NCBI GenBank assembly: GCA_965237415.1
Contig: CBDEFM010000002.1
Coordinates: 1,248,001-1,312,000, forward strand
Direction of reading: 5' to 3'
DNA length: 64,000 bases
Source of the DNA: Alphaproteobacteria bacterium
GTDB lineage: Bacteria > Pseudomonadota > Alphaproteobacteria > UBA828
Below are positions 54,140-63,217 of this stretch, in pieces. A program made the translations under genes and the position numbers. Positions within the stretch are counted from its first letter, which is position 1. Every line of letters starts with the position of its first letter. The notes below the pieces were generated by a model, which worked only from the letters and a program-made list of their open reading frames with translations, made no database searches and had not been told where the DNA came from.

Positions 54140-54792
54140 CCCAGATTCCCGACACGCTTCTCGCAACGGTGCGCGGGGAGCTCTCCACCGCGCAGCTCGG
54201 CGACGTGCTCGATACCCTCGGCCGTCGTCACCAGTTCCTGCCGCCGGCCATCCAGCCGGCCGTGCCGGGCACCATGCTCGTCGGCCGGGCGATGCCGCTG
54301 CTGGAGATCGCCGCCACGCCGGACGATTACAGCTTCGGCCTTATGTTCGAAGCCCTCGATTCCCTTCAGACGGACGAGGTGTATGTCGCCGCCGCGGGCG
54401 CGCCGCCCTTTGCGCTCTGGGGCGAGCTGATGACGACCCGCGCGTTGGCACAAAGCGCGGCCGGTGCCGTGCTCGACGGCTACATGCGCGATTCGCGGGA
54501 GATTCGCGGGATGACACTGCCGGTCTTCGCCCGCGGCTCCTACGCGCAGGACCAACGGGGCCGGGGCCGGGTGGTCGCTTACCGGGAGCCGGTTCGGATC
54601 GCCGAGGTCGCTGTCCGGCCGGGCGATTTGATCGTGGGCGACGATGACGGCGTGCTCGTGGTGCCGAGCGAGGTCGCGGCCGAGTGCGTCGAGAAGGCGC
54701 TGGAGAAGCGCCGCATGGAAACCCGAATCGCCAAAGAGATCGAGGCCGGGCTTTCAACCACCGAGGCGTACGAGAAGTACGGGGTGATGTAG
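54136..54792 (+). CDS. RraA/HMG aldolase family protein
   Basis: WGELM, DGYMRD, PGDLIVGDDDGVLVVP motifs. Confidence 0.88.
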   Translation: MTQIPDTLLATVRGELSTAQLGDVLDTLGRRHQFLPPAIQPAVPGTMLVGRAMPLLEIAATPDDYSFGLMFEALDSLQTDEVYVAAAGAPPFALWGELMTTRALAQSAAGAVLDGYMRDSREIRGMTLPVFARGSYAQDQRGRGRVVAYREPVRIAEVAVRPGDLIVGDDDGVLVVPSEVAAECVEKALEKRRMETRIAKEIEAGLSTTEAYEKYGVM

Positions 54793-54827
54793 CGTTTCGG
54801 CCTATGCCGCGGTGATGAAGAGGCCCT

Positions 54828-55862
54828 TCATCTGAAGAGCATCTCGAACTCGTTCGCCACCGAATCCCAGCTCCGGTTCCGGCCACTCCGACGCGCCGTC
54901 TTGCTGGCCTTCTCGAAGGCTTCGTCGTCCTTCAACATGGCAAGGGCATTCTCGACGAACGCATCGTCGTCGGGCGCGAGGAAGCCGGACTGACGATCGG
55001 TGAAGCGCTCCTTGACCGCGCCGACCGGCCGCGCGACCGCCGGCAAGCCGACGGCCTGCGATTCCGCCAATGTCGAGCAATACATCTCGCGTTCGGAGCC
55101 GGGATAGAGATGCACCCGCGCCCTGGCGTAGGCCTTCGCCATGTCCCTGTCGCCGGCGGGCGCCATGATGACCACCCCGTGCTCGGCACCCGCGTGCGCC
55201 TTCTCGTAGATCGGCATGAGCTCTTCGGCCAGCGTCTCGCCAGTCTGCGCGCGCTTGAATGCAGCCGAATAGACCTGCAACTGGGCGTTTGGCGCTTGCG
55301 GGCGAATCCGCTCGATCCACAGACCCAGCAGCCAATCCAGATCGTGCTTCGGGTGGGTGGTGACCACGGCGGTCGGCGGTTCTTCGGGCGACATCTCCTC
55401 GATACTGCGGTATTCCTCGCGCACGCCGGGTGAAATCGAGCGGCAGTAGATCGCGTTCTCCCCCTGCGTCCGATAGGCCTCGGAATGGGTGTTGCCCTGA
55501 AACACGAGCTTGGCGTCGGTGCGGCTCAGCACGTCGTGGACCTGCGGCCGATGGAGGTAATCCGGCGGCCCGGTCACCCAGAGGATGCGCGCCTTGACCG
55601 CGCGCGTGAACTCGAGCAGGGCCGGCTTGCGGAACGCGATCAGCACCTCGGTGATCGGCGGCCTGCGTCCCTCCCAATGAATCCAGCTCACATTCTCGAA
55701 GCCCAGGCTGTTCGGGCTTCGGTTGACGGCGCGCACGACATGGCCCTGGCGCGCGAGCGCCGCCGGCAGGCTGGCAAACGCCTTCTCGGCGCCGCCAATG
55801 GGTTGATAGGCCGGGGTCATCCCGTTGAACGGGATGGAGTCGTCGACCAGAGTGACCAGCAT
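54828..55862 (-). CDS. Glycosyltransferase family 4 protein
   Basis: GGAEKA and EMYCSTLAESQAVGLP (E-x7-E) motifs. Confidence 0.82.
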   Translation of the reverse strand: MLVTLVDDSIPFNGMTPAYQPIGGAEKAFASLPAALARQGHVVRAVNRSPNSLGFENVSWIHWEGRRPPITEVLIAFRKPALLEFTRAVKARILWVTGPPDYLHRPQVHDVLSRTDAKLVFQGNTHSEAYRTQGENAIYCRSISPGVREEYRSIEEMSPEEPPTAVVTTHPKHDLDWLLGLWIERIRPQAPNAQLQVYSAAFKRAQTGETLAEELMPIYEKAHAGAEHGVVIMAPAGDRDMAKAYARARVHLYPGSEREMYCSTLAESQAVGLPAVARPVGAVKERFTDRQSGFLAPDDDAFVENALAMLKDDEAFEKASKTARRSGRNRSWDSVANEFEMLFR

Positions 55863-55963
55863 GCCTCGGCTTATAGCCCTGCCCGCAGGGCTTGCCAAGC
55901 AACGGCGCGGTATCCGAGACCAGGCTGTATGGTTGCGGTACGGGCCGCACGGATGGGGAGACA

Positions 55964-57310
55964 ATGACGACGACCGGCACGAGGGGAACCGCGACGCTGC
56001 AATTGCCGACATGCCCGCGTGCGGCGGAGATCGCGGCCAACGTCCGCGCCGGGCGCGAGAGCGCGAGGGAAGCCTGCGCCGCCGCCCTGGCCCGCATCGC
56101 CGAGACCGAATCGAGCGTGCACGCGTGGCACCATCTCGATGCTGCGCAGGTCCTGGAGCGGGCGCAGGCGATCGACGACGCCGGCCCCAACGGGGCGCTC
56201 GCCGGCGTTCCCGTCGCGGTAAAGGACATCATCGATACTGCCGACCAGCCGACCGAGAATGGCACCCCGCTCGATGCAGGACACAGGCCGGGCGCGGATG
56301 CCACGGTCGTGCGCCGCTTGCGCGCGGCCGGGGCGTTGATCCTGGGCAAGACCGTGACCACCGAGCTTGCCTGCGGCGCCGCCCGCGCCACCCGCAACCC
56401 GCATGCCCTCGCTCATACGCCGGGCGGCTCCTCCTCGGGCTCGGCCGCGACCGTGGCCGCCGGCGGCGTGCCGCTCGCGCTCGGCACCCAGACGGCAGGC
56501 TCGGTCGTGCGGCCCGCCGCCTTCTGTGGCGTGTGGGGCATGAAACCGAGCTTCGGCACGATTCCGCGCACCGGGGTCACGCGACTTTCGCGAACGCTCG
56601 ACCATGTCGGCGTACTCGCAGGCTCGGCGCAGGACGTGGCGCTCGGCATCGATGCGATCTCCGGCGATGACGGTCTGGATCAGGCGAGCGCCGGGCAGGC
56701 GCCCACCCGCCTCGTGGCCGCGCTTGCCCTGCCGCTCGGGCAGCCCCGGCTCGCGTTCATCAGGCAACCGGCCTGGGAGGAGGTCGGCGCGGATGCAGCG
56801 GCGGCCTATGAGGCTGCGGCGGTTGAACTCGGCGCCGAGCCGCTCACCCTCGGCTCGCCCTTCGATCGGGCGGCGCCGGTGCATCTCGGCATCATGAGAC
56901 GGGAGGTTGCCCACGCGTTTACGCCGTGGTTCGCGCGGGGCGCGGCTGACCTCTCCGATACGGTGCGCGCGCACATCGCCGGAGGGCGGGCGACCGATGC
57001 CGATGCCTATCTCTCTCTGCTCGACGAAGCGGACGGGATGCGGTGCGCTTTCGAGCACGCTCTGAGGCCCTACGATGCAGCGCTGACCCCTGCCGCCCCC
57101 GGCGGAGCACCGGAAGGGCTGGACTTTACCGGCAGCCGCTCCCAGACCATGCTCTGGACCATGCTCGGCGTGCCGGCGGTCAATGTCCCGATCCTTTCGG
57201 TAGGAGGCCTGCCGCTCGGCCTCCAGGTGGTGGGGCGCTTCGGCGCCGACGCGACGACGCTGCGCGCGGCGGCCTGGTGCGGCACCCGCTTGCAGGAGGC
57301 GCGCCAGTGA
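55964..57310 (+). CDS. Amidase signature family protein
   Basis: AVKD, GGSSSGSAA, GTQTAGSVVRPAAFCG motifs. Confidence 0.92.
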   Translation: MTTTGTRGTATLQLPTCPRAAEIAANVRAGRESAREACAAALARIAETESSVHAWHHLDAAQVLERAQAIDDAGPNGALAGVPVAVKDIIDTADQPTENGTPLDAGHRPGADATVVRRLRAAGALILGKTVTTELACGAARATRNPHALAHTPGGSSSGSAATVAAGGVPLALGTQTAGSVVRPAAFCGVWGMKPSFGTIPRTGVTRLSRTLDHVGVLAGSAQDVALGIDAISGDDGLDQASAGQAPTRLVAALALPLGQPRLAFIRQPAWEEVGADAAAAYEAAAVELGAEPLTLGSPFDRAAPVHLGIMRREVAHAFTPWFARGAADLSDTVRAHIAGGRATDADAYLSLLDEADGMRCAFEHALRPYDAALTPAAPGGAPEGLDFTGSRSQTMLWTMLGVPAVNVPILSVGGLPLGLQVVGRFGADATTLRAAAWCGTRLQEARQ

Positions 57311-57355
57311 GCGCACCATTGGGCGCGCAATTGAGCCCACCGTTGAGCGCGCTTT
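57308..57355 (+). repeat. Imperfect 12-bp tandem repeat x4
   Basis: TGAGCGCACCAT-TGGGCGCGCAAT-TGAGCCCACCGT-TGAGCGCGCTTT. Confidence 0.6.
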
Positions 57356-57385
57356 CCTGCGCGACGTAGCACCGGGACGCAGAGG

Positions 57386-58501
57386 ATGACGCGATTTCAT
57401 TACGCCCATGCCGGTGGGCCGAGCGGCGAAGCCGCCATCGAAGCCTGCATAGAGAAGCTCGGGCCGACGCTGCCGCAGCATGGGCTTGGGATGCTCTACG
57501 TCACCGACGCGATCGGCGACCATCTGCCGGCCGCGCTGGACCGGCTCAAACGCGCGACCGGCATCGACGAGTGGGTGGGCTCGGTCGGCATCGGAATCTG
57601 CGCCACCGGGCGGGAATACTTCGACGAGCCCGCCGCCGCGGTGATGATCGCCGACCTCGACCAGACGAGCTACCGGGTCTTCGACACCATCCGCGACGAC
57701 CTCGGCGAGTTCAGCCGCGACAATGGCGCCTGGATTGCCCGGGCACCCGCCCGCTTCGGTATCGTTCACGCCGACCCGCGCAACCAACGCACGGGCGACA
57801 TCATCGCCGACCTCGCCGACGAGCTGAATGGATTCCTGGTGGGCGGCCTCTCGTCGTCGCGCGCGGTCCCGGCCCAGATCGCGGGCGGGGTCACTGAGGG
57901 CGGGGTCTCCGGCGTCCTCCTTTCCGAGACCGTCGCCGTCGCCACCGCGCTCAGCCAGAGCTGCATGCCGATCGGGCCTGGCCACGAGATCACCGACTGC
58001 CAGGCCAACATCATCATCGAGCTCGACGGGCGCCCGGCGCTCGATGTCTTCAAGGAGGAGATCGGCGAGAAGCTGGCCAGCGAATTGCGCCGGGTCGGCG
58101 GCCTCATCTTCGCGGCTCTCCCGGTCGCGGGCAGCGACACCGGCGACTATCTGGTGCGCAACATCGTGGGCTTCGACGTCGACCGGGGGTTGATCGGTAT
58201 CGGCGAGTTGGTGGAGCGCGGCACCCTGGTGCAGTTCTGCCGCCGCGACGCGGACGCCGCCGAGAAAGACCTCGGCCGCATGGTCGAGTCGGTAAAGCAG
58301 CGGGCCGGCGCCGAGCCGCGCGGCGCCCTCTATTTCACCTGCCTCGCCCGAGGCCCCAACATGTTCGGCGAGGCCTCCGAAGAGCTGCGGCTCATCGAAC
58401 GCGCGCTCGGCGACGTGCCGCTGGTGGGCTTCTTCTGCAACGGCGAGATTTCGCACAACCGGCTTTACGGCTACACCGGCGTTCTCACCCTCTTCCCGTA
58501 G
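57386..58501 (+). CDS. FIST domain sensory protein
   Basis: GGLSS, SQSCMPIG, ELDGRPAL, CLARG, GFFCNGEI motifs. Confidence 0.88.
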   Translation: MTRFHYAHAGGPSGEAAIEACIEKLGPTLPQHGLGMLYVTDAIGDHLPAALDRLKRATGIDEWVGSVGIGICATGREYFDEPAAAVMIADLDQTSYRVFDTIRDDLGEFSRDNGAWIARAPARFGIVHADPRNQRTGDIIADLADELNGFLVGGLSSSRAVPAQIAGGVTEGGVSGVLLSETVAVATALSQSCMPIGPGHEITDCQANIIIELDGRPALDVFKEEIGEKLASELRRVGGLIFAALPVAGSDTGDYLVRNIVGFDVDRGLIGIGELVERGTLVQFCRRDADAAEKDLGRMVESVKQRAGAEPRGALYFTCLARGPNMFGEASEELRLIERALGDVPLVGFFCNGEISHNRLYGYTGVLTLFP

Positions 58502-58508
58502 CCGCCCC

Positions 58509-59531
58509 CTACTTTCCACGCAGATAAGCCTCCGCGAGCGTGCACACGAGCTGGGCGACCTCGGCCGCCAGGCTCTGCGCGCTCGCGGTTTCCGAGCGCG
58601 TGTGAACCCAGCCCAGATAGCTGAACGCGCGCGCGAGCTCGAAGAGCGGCAGGTGCTCGAGTTCCTCGTCCGGCAGGTCGCGCTCGCGGCGGTAGCCCTC
58701 GACGACGCCGGCACGAATCGCCTCGGCCAGGTCGCTGCCGTGATAGATCGTCCACACCGTCGCCAGGTCGAACAGATGCCAGCCGAAGCCGCAGTCGTCG
58801 AAATCGAGAGGGATCACCCGCTCGCCGTCGAGCAGCATGTTGTCGAGGTTGAAGTCGGCGTGGATGAGGCCGTAACGCCGCGGCGAGCGGCCATAGGCCG
58901 TGAGCGCCTCACGCACGCTGGCGCGGGCACGCTCGATCAGGCGGCGCTCCTCGGTGCCGAGCACGGCGGCCTCCCAGAACCGGCCCCAGAGCGGCTCGGG
59001 ACCGACCAGTCCGTCGCGGTCCCAGGCGTGACGCGTGAAACCGGCGGGCGGAGTCCACGCTTCGGTCTGGTTGTGGAGACGGCCGCAAAGCCGGCCGACA
59101 CCGGCAAAGACCGCGTGCACGTCCACGATCGCAGAGTTCAGGCCCTCTTCCAGAGTGCCGATGGGGATGCCGGGCATCCAGGTGAGCATGTCCACCTGGC
59201 GCGGCTCCGGCACACCGGCGCCTTGCACGATCTCGAACGGCGCGCCGGCGGCACTCGGGATCACTGCGGGCACGGCGATACCGTCGGCGTGCAGCGCCTC
59301 CAGCCAGGCAAGCTCGGACCGGAGCGCGGCGTCGCTGTGATAGCCGTGGCGGTGAACGCGGAGCACCGCGTCCCGCCCGTCCGCCGCGGCCACACGAAAC
59401 ACGGCGTTCTCGCGGTACTTGACGATCTCCGGCTCGCAGTCCCGCACGCCCCAGCGGGCTAGCGCGACTGTCGCGAGCGCACGCAAACGCTCGCCCCGCT
59501 CGGCGAGCGGCAGGCGATAGAAGTCGGTCAT
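58509..59531 (-). CDS. APH/choline-kinase-fold phosphotransferase
   Basis: RENAVF, LIHADFNLDN, LDFDDCGFGW motifs. Confidence 0.88.
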   Translation of the reverse strand: MTDFYRLPLAERGERLRALATVALARWGVRDCEPEIVKYRENAVFRVAAADGRDAVLRVHRHGYHSDAALRSELAWLEALHADGIAVPAVIPSAAGAPFEIVQGAGVPEPRQVDMLTWMPGIPIGTLEEGLNSAIVDVHAVFAGVGRLCGRLHNQTEAWTPPAGFTRHAWDRDGLVGPEPLWGRFWEAAVLGTEERRLIERARASVREALTAYGRSPRRYGLIHADFNLDNMLLDGERVIPLDFDDCGFGWHLFDLATVWTIYHGSDLAEAIRAGVVEGYRRERDLPDEELEHLPLFELARAFSYLGWVHTRSETASAQSLAAEVAQLVCTLAEAYLRGK

Positions 59532-59541
59532 GGTCGCCTTG

Positions 59542-60810
59542 TCACACGCGCTGGTCGAGCGACTCCAGCGTCTCGTCGAGGGCGGCGAGAAGCTGATCTG
59601 CATCGGCGGCCGAAAACGGCATGGGCGGGCGTATCTTGAGTACGTGATCGTGCCGCCCGGTGCGGCTGATCAACACGCCGCGCTCGCGCATCCCGTTCAC
59701 CGCGGCCTTGGTCGCATCCGGCGCCGGCGTTTCGCCGTCTTCGCGAGAGAAGAACGGGACCCCCATGAAGAATCCCCGCCCGCGCGGCGCGCCGATCATG
59801 GCGTGCTTGTTGCCGAGCGCCAGGAGCCCCTCGTGCAAATGCTCGCCAACCGCGTGGGCGTTCTCCATGAGGCCCTCCTCCTCGATGACTTCCAGCACTG
59901 CGTGCCCCACCGCGCAGGAGACCGGATTGCCGCCGAAGGTGTTGAAGTACATGGCCCTGGCCGTGAACTCGTCCATCAACGCCGGACGAGCGACGACGCC
60001 CGCAAGCGGGTGACCGTTGCCCATCGGCTTGCCGAGAGTCACCAGGTCGGGCACCGCGTCATACAGCTGGTGCCCCCACATCGCGGCACCCGTGCGGCCG
60101 AGACCCGGCTGCACCTCGTCCGCGATGTAGAGCCCGCCGGCGTCGCGGTTGAGCGCGACGGCGCGCTCGACGTAGCCCGCCGGCACAGCCGGCATGCCTT
60201 CGGTCGCGAAGATCGTGTCGAAGAAGATCGCGGCGGGCCGGATGCCGGCCTTCGCCATCGAGGCAATGGCGGCCTCGACGTCGGCTGCAGCCTCGGCGGC
60301 GTCTGCCTCGGGGCCATCCGGCACGTGGATCGTGCGCACGCGCGGGTCCCTGCCCTCGGGCGCGTCGAACGCCGTGCAAAGCGAGGCGACCACTGCGGAG
60401 TTCCCGTGGTAGCAGAAGTCCGTGACGATGACGCCCTCGTTGCCCGTGCAAGCGCGCGCGACTCGGAGCGCAAGCTCGCTGGCCTCGGTGCCGGAACAGC
60501 AGAGCGCGACGCGGGAGAGGTCGTCTGCGAAGGTGGCGGTAAGCGCCTCGGCATAGTCGAGGATGCGCTCGTCCAAGTAGCGGGTGGAGAGGTTGAGCCT
60601 GCCGGCCTGATCCGCGAGCGCCTCCACCACATGCGGATGGCAATGGCCCACATGAGGCACGTTGTTGTAGGCGTCGAGATAGACCCGGCCGTCGCTGTCC
60701 CAGACCCTGGTCCCCTCCCCCCTCACCAGATGGAGCGGCTGGTCGTAGAAAAGCGGCGCACCGGCGCCGAGCAGCCGGTGACGGCGTTCGAGCAGCGTCT
60801 CGTCAGACAT
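59542..60810 (-). CDS. Class III aminotransferase of the AGXT2L/phospho-lyase-like branch
   Basis: YLDAYNNVPHVGHCHP, DEVQPGLGRTG, TLGKPMGNGHP, YFNTFGGNP, LKIRPPM motifs. Confidence 0.88.
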   Translation of the reverse strand: MSDETLLERRHRLLGAGAPLFYDQPLHLVRGEGTRVWDSDGRVYLDAYNNVPHVGHCHPHVVEALADQAGRLNLSTRYLDERILDYAEALTATFADDLSRVALCCSGTEASELALRVARACTGNEGVIVTDFCYHGNSAVVASLCTAFDAPEGRDPRVRTIHVPDGPEADAAEAAADVEAAIASMAKAGIRPAAIFFDTIFATEGMPAVPAGYVERAVALNRDAGGLYIADEVQPGLGRTGAAMWGHQLYDAVPDLVTLGKPMGNGHPLAGVVARPALMDEFTARAMYFNTFGGNPVSCAVGHAVLEVIEEEGLMENAHAVGEHLHEGLLALGNKHAMIGAPRGRGFFMGVPFFSREDGETPAPDATKAAVNGMRERGVLISRTGRHDHVLKIRPPMPFSAADADQLLAALDETLESLDQRV

Positions 60811-60833
60811 GAGGGGAGACCTCTTTCGTTGGC

Positions 60834-60867
60834 CGCAGGCCGTGACATTGGTGAGAAATCCGGGCTA
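60834..60867. repeat. Family C half element
   Basis: CGCAGGCCGTGACATTGGTGAGAAATCCGGGCTA, identical to 4219-4252. Confidence 0.85.
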
Positions 60868-60877
60868 GAGACGTCCC

Positions 60878-61645
60878 ATGAGCATTACCGTCACGGCGCG
60901 CGGCGTGGTCAAGGCGTTCGACGGCAGGCCCGTGCTGCGCGGAGTCGATCTCGATGTGCCGGGGGGGCAGTCGACCGTGCTGGTCGGCCCCTCGTCGGGC
61001 GGCAAGTCGGTCTTGCTGAAGTGCGTGCTCGGCCTGATGCCGATGGAGGGCGGCAGCGTCCGCTTCGGAGACACCGACCTCGCAAGCCTCGCCAAGAGCG
61101 AACTGGAGCAGCTGATGCGCGGCGTCGGCGTGCTGTTCCAGCAGAACGCGCTCTTCGACAGTCTCAGCGTGTGGGAGAACGTGGCCTTTACCCTGATCCA
61201 CGGCCACGGAATGGCCCACCGCGCCGCCAAGCAACGAGCCGTGGAAATCCTCGCATCGGTGGGCCTCAGGCCGGACGTTGCCGATCGTTCGCCGGCCGAG
61301 CTTTCCGGGGGCATGCAAAAGCGCGTCGCGCTGGGCCGCGCGATCGCCGCCGAGCCCCGCTTCCTCGTGCTCGACGACCCGACCGCCGGCCTCGACCCGA
61401 TCCTGACCGGCGCGATCGTCGCGCTCATTCGGGACGCCATCGAGCGGACCGGCGCGACAGCGCTCACGGTGACGAGCGACATGAGCATCGCGCGGCTGAG
61501 CTTCGACCGGCTCGCCATGCTGCACGACGGCGCGATCCTGTGGCAGGGCGCCGCCGGCGACATCGACGAGAGCGGCAACGCCTATCTGGACCAACTGATA
61601 AACCAGCGCGCCGAAGGCCCCATCCGCACGCACGCCACCACGTAA
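60878..61645 (+). CDS. MlaF/Ttg2A-like ABC ATP-binding protein with degenerate catalytic motifs
   Basis: FQQNALFDSL, LSGGMQKRV, PTAGLDPI motifs; Walker B LDD and switch VTSD. Confidence 0.85.
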   Translation: MSITVTARGVVKAFDGRPVLRGVDLDVPGGQSTVLVGPSSGGKSVLLKCVLGLMPMEGGSVRFGDTDLASLAKSELEQLMRGVGVLFQQNALFDSLSVWENVAFTLIHGHGMAHRAAKQRAVEILASVGLRPDVADRSPAELSGGMQKRVALGRAIAAEPRFLVLDDPTAGLDPILTGAIVALIRDAIERTGATALTVTSDMSIARLSFDRLAMLHDGAILWQGAAGDIDESGNAYLDQLINQRAEGPIRTHATT

Positions 61646-61691
61646 GCGCGCGGCATCGCGATCGTGCGGCCGCAGCCGTTGCCGTGCCGCC

Positions 61692-63065
61692 TCAGGGAAT
61701 CAGGATGAAGCGGGCCCCGTCGCCCCGCCTTATGTTCAGCAGAAGCGGCGGAACGGACCCCTCGAACGCCTCCAGGATCTCGTCGGTGCTCTTCACCTCG
61801 CGGCGATTGACCTCGACGATCACGTCGCCCTCGCGAAGTCCGGCGTTCCAGGCGGGAGTATCCACCTCGACCTCGATGACGAGCACGCCTTCCACCTCTT
61901 CGTAGAGTGGAGAGGAGGGCGTAAGCGGGCCCAGCACGACGCCCTTCAACTGCGGTATCTGGCTGCCCGCGCCGAGCGCGACCTCGCTGCTCTCGCCGAC
62001 CGCAAGCTCGATCGTCATGGGCTCTCCGTCGCGTTCGATGGTGAGCCGAACCGCATCGCCCACCCGCAACAGGCCGACCTTGTTGCGAAGATCGGACGAG
62101 CCGATCACCGGCTCGCCGTTCATCTCGACGATCACGTCGCCAATCTGGAGCCCGGCCTCCTCCGCCGGCGTGCCGGGTATCACCTGGGCGACCACGGCGC
62201 CTCTCTCGTGGCTGGTTCCGAGCGCTTCGGCGAGATCGGGGATCAGGTCCTGAATTTGCACGCCGATGCGGCCACGCTGAATCTCGCCGTGGGTGAGCAG
62301 CTGATCCATGATTTGGCGTGCCATGTTGATCGGAATCGCGAAACCGATACCGATATTGCCGCCGCGCCCGCTGAAGATCGCCGTGTTGATGCCGACGAGC
62401 TCGCCCTTGAGATTGATGAGCGCACCGCCCGAATTGCCGACGTTGATGGCGGCGTCGGTCTGAATGAAGTCTTCGTACGATTCGAGGCGGAGGCCGGAGC
62501 GGCCGACGGCGCTCACGATGCCGGCGGTGATGGTCTGGCCGAGGCCGAATGGATTGCCGATGGCGACGACGTAATCGCCGATCTGCAGTTCGTCCGAATC
62601 CGCGAACGGCAGTGCGGTCAGCGAATCGGCGTCGATCTTGAGCAACGCGATGTCCGTCTCGGGGTCGGCGCCCACCACCTCGGCCTCGAACTCCCGCCGG
62701 TCGGTGAGCGCAACGGTGATCTGTTCCGCCTTGTCGATCACATGATGGTTGGTGAGCAGGTAGCCGTTCTCCGCGTCCACGATGACGCCCGACCCCATGG
62801 CACGGGGGCGCCTGGGTTGTGGGTTGGGGCGCTCACCGAAGAATCGCTCGAAGAACGGATGGTCGAAAAAGGGATGCGGTTCCTGCATCTGCGGCTGCTG
62901 CAGCTTGCCCCGTGTCGCGACGATCACCACCGCCGGCGCGCTCTCCTTCACGAGGGGCGCGAGCGAGGGCACCTCGTCCGCCGGCAGGTGCGCGTGCGCC
63001 GGGGCCGCGAGGCCCAGCGTCGCCGCGAGCAGAATGGGGGTGAGCAGAAGCAGCGGAAAGCGCAT
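61692..63065 (-). CDS. DegQ/DegP (HtrA) periplasmic serine protease
   Basis: Signal peptide, TNHHVI, TDIA, GNSGG, two PDZ domains. Confidence 0.93.
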   Translation of the reverse strand: MRFPLLLLTPILLAATLGLAAPAHAHLPADEVPSLAPLVKESAPAVVIVATRGKLQQPQMQEPHPFFDHPFFERFFGERPNPQPRRPRAMGSGVIVDAENGYLLTNHHVIDKAEQITVALTDRREFEAEVVGADPETDIALLKIDADSLTALPFADSDELQIGDYVVAIGNPFGLGQTITAGIVSAVGRSGLRLESYEDFIQTDAAINVGNSGGALINLKGELVGINTAIFSGRGGNIGIGFAIPINMARQIMDQLLTHGEIQRGRIGVQIQDLIPDLAEALGTSHERGAVVAQVIPGTPAEEAGLQIGDVIVEMNGEPVIGSSDLRNKVGLLRVGDAVRLTIERDGEPMTIELAVGESSEVALGAGSQIPQLKGVVLGPLTPSSPLYEEVEGVLVIEVEVDTPAWNAGLREGDVIVEVNRREVKSTDEILEAFEGSVPPLLLNIRRGDGARFILIP

Positions 63066-63217
63066 CGATCCCTCCCTTGGATCCACAGGCCCCAATGTGG
63101 CGATTATCCGGCGCAGGTCCAGCCCCAATAGACCGGAAAAGTCGCGCCGGAGGCATATCGCCCATAAAACCGTGCGGACGCGACCGTGATACGCTGAGAG
63201 CAACAGGAGGAGAGCCC

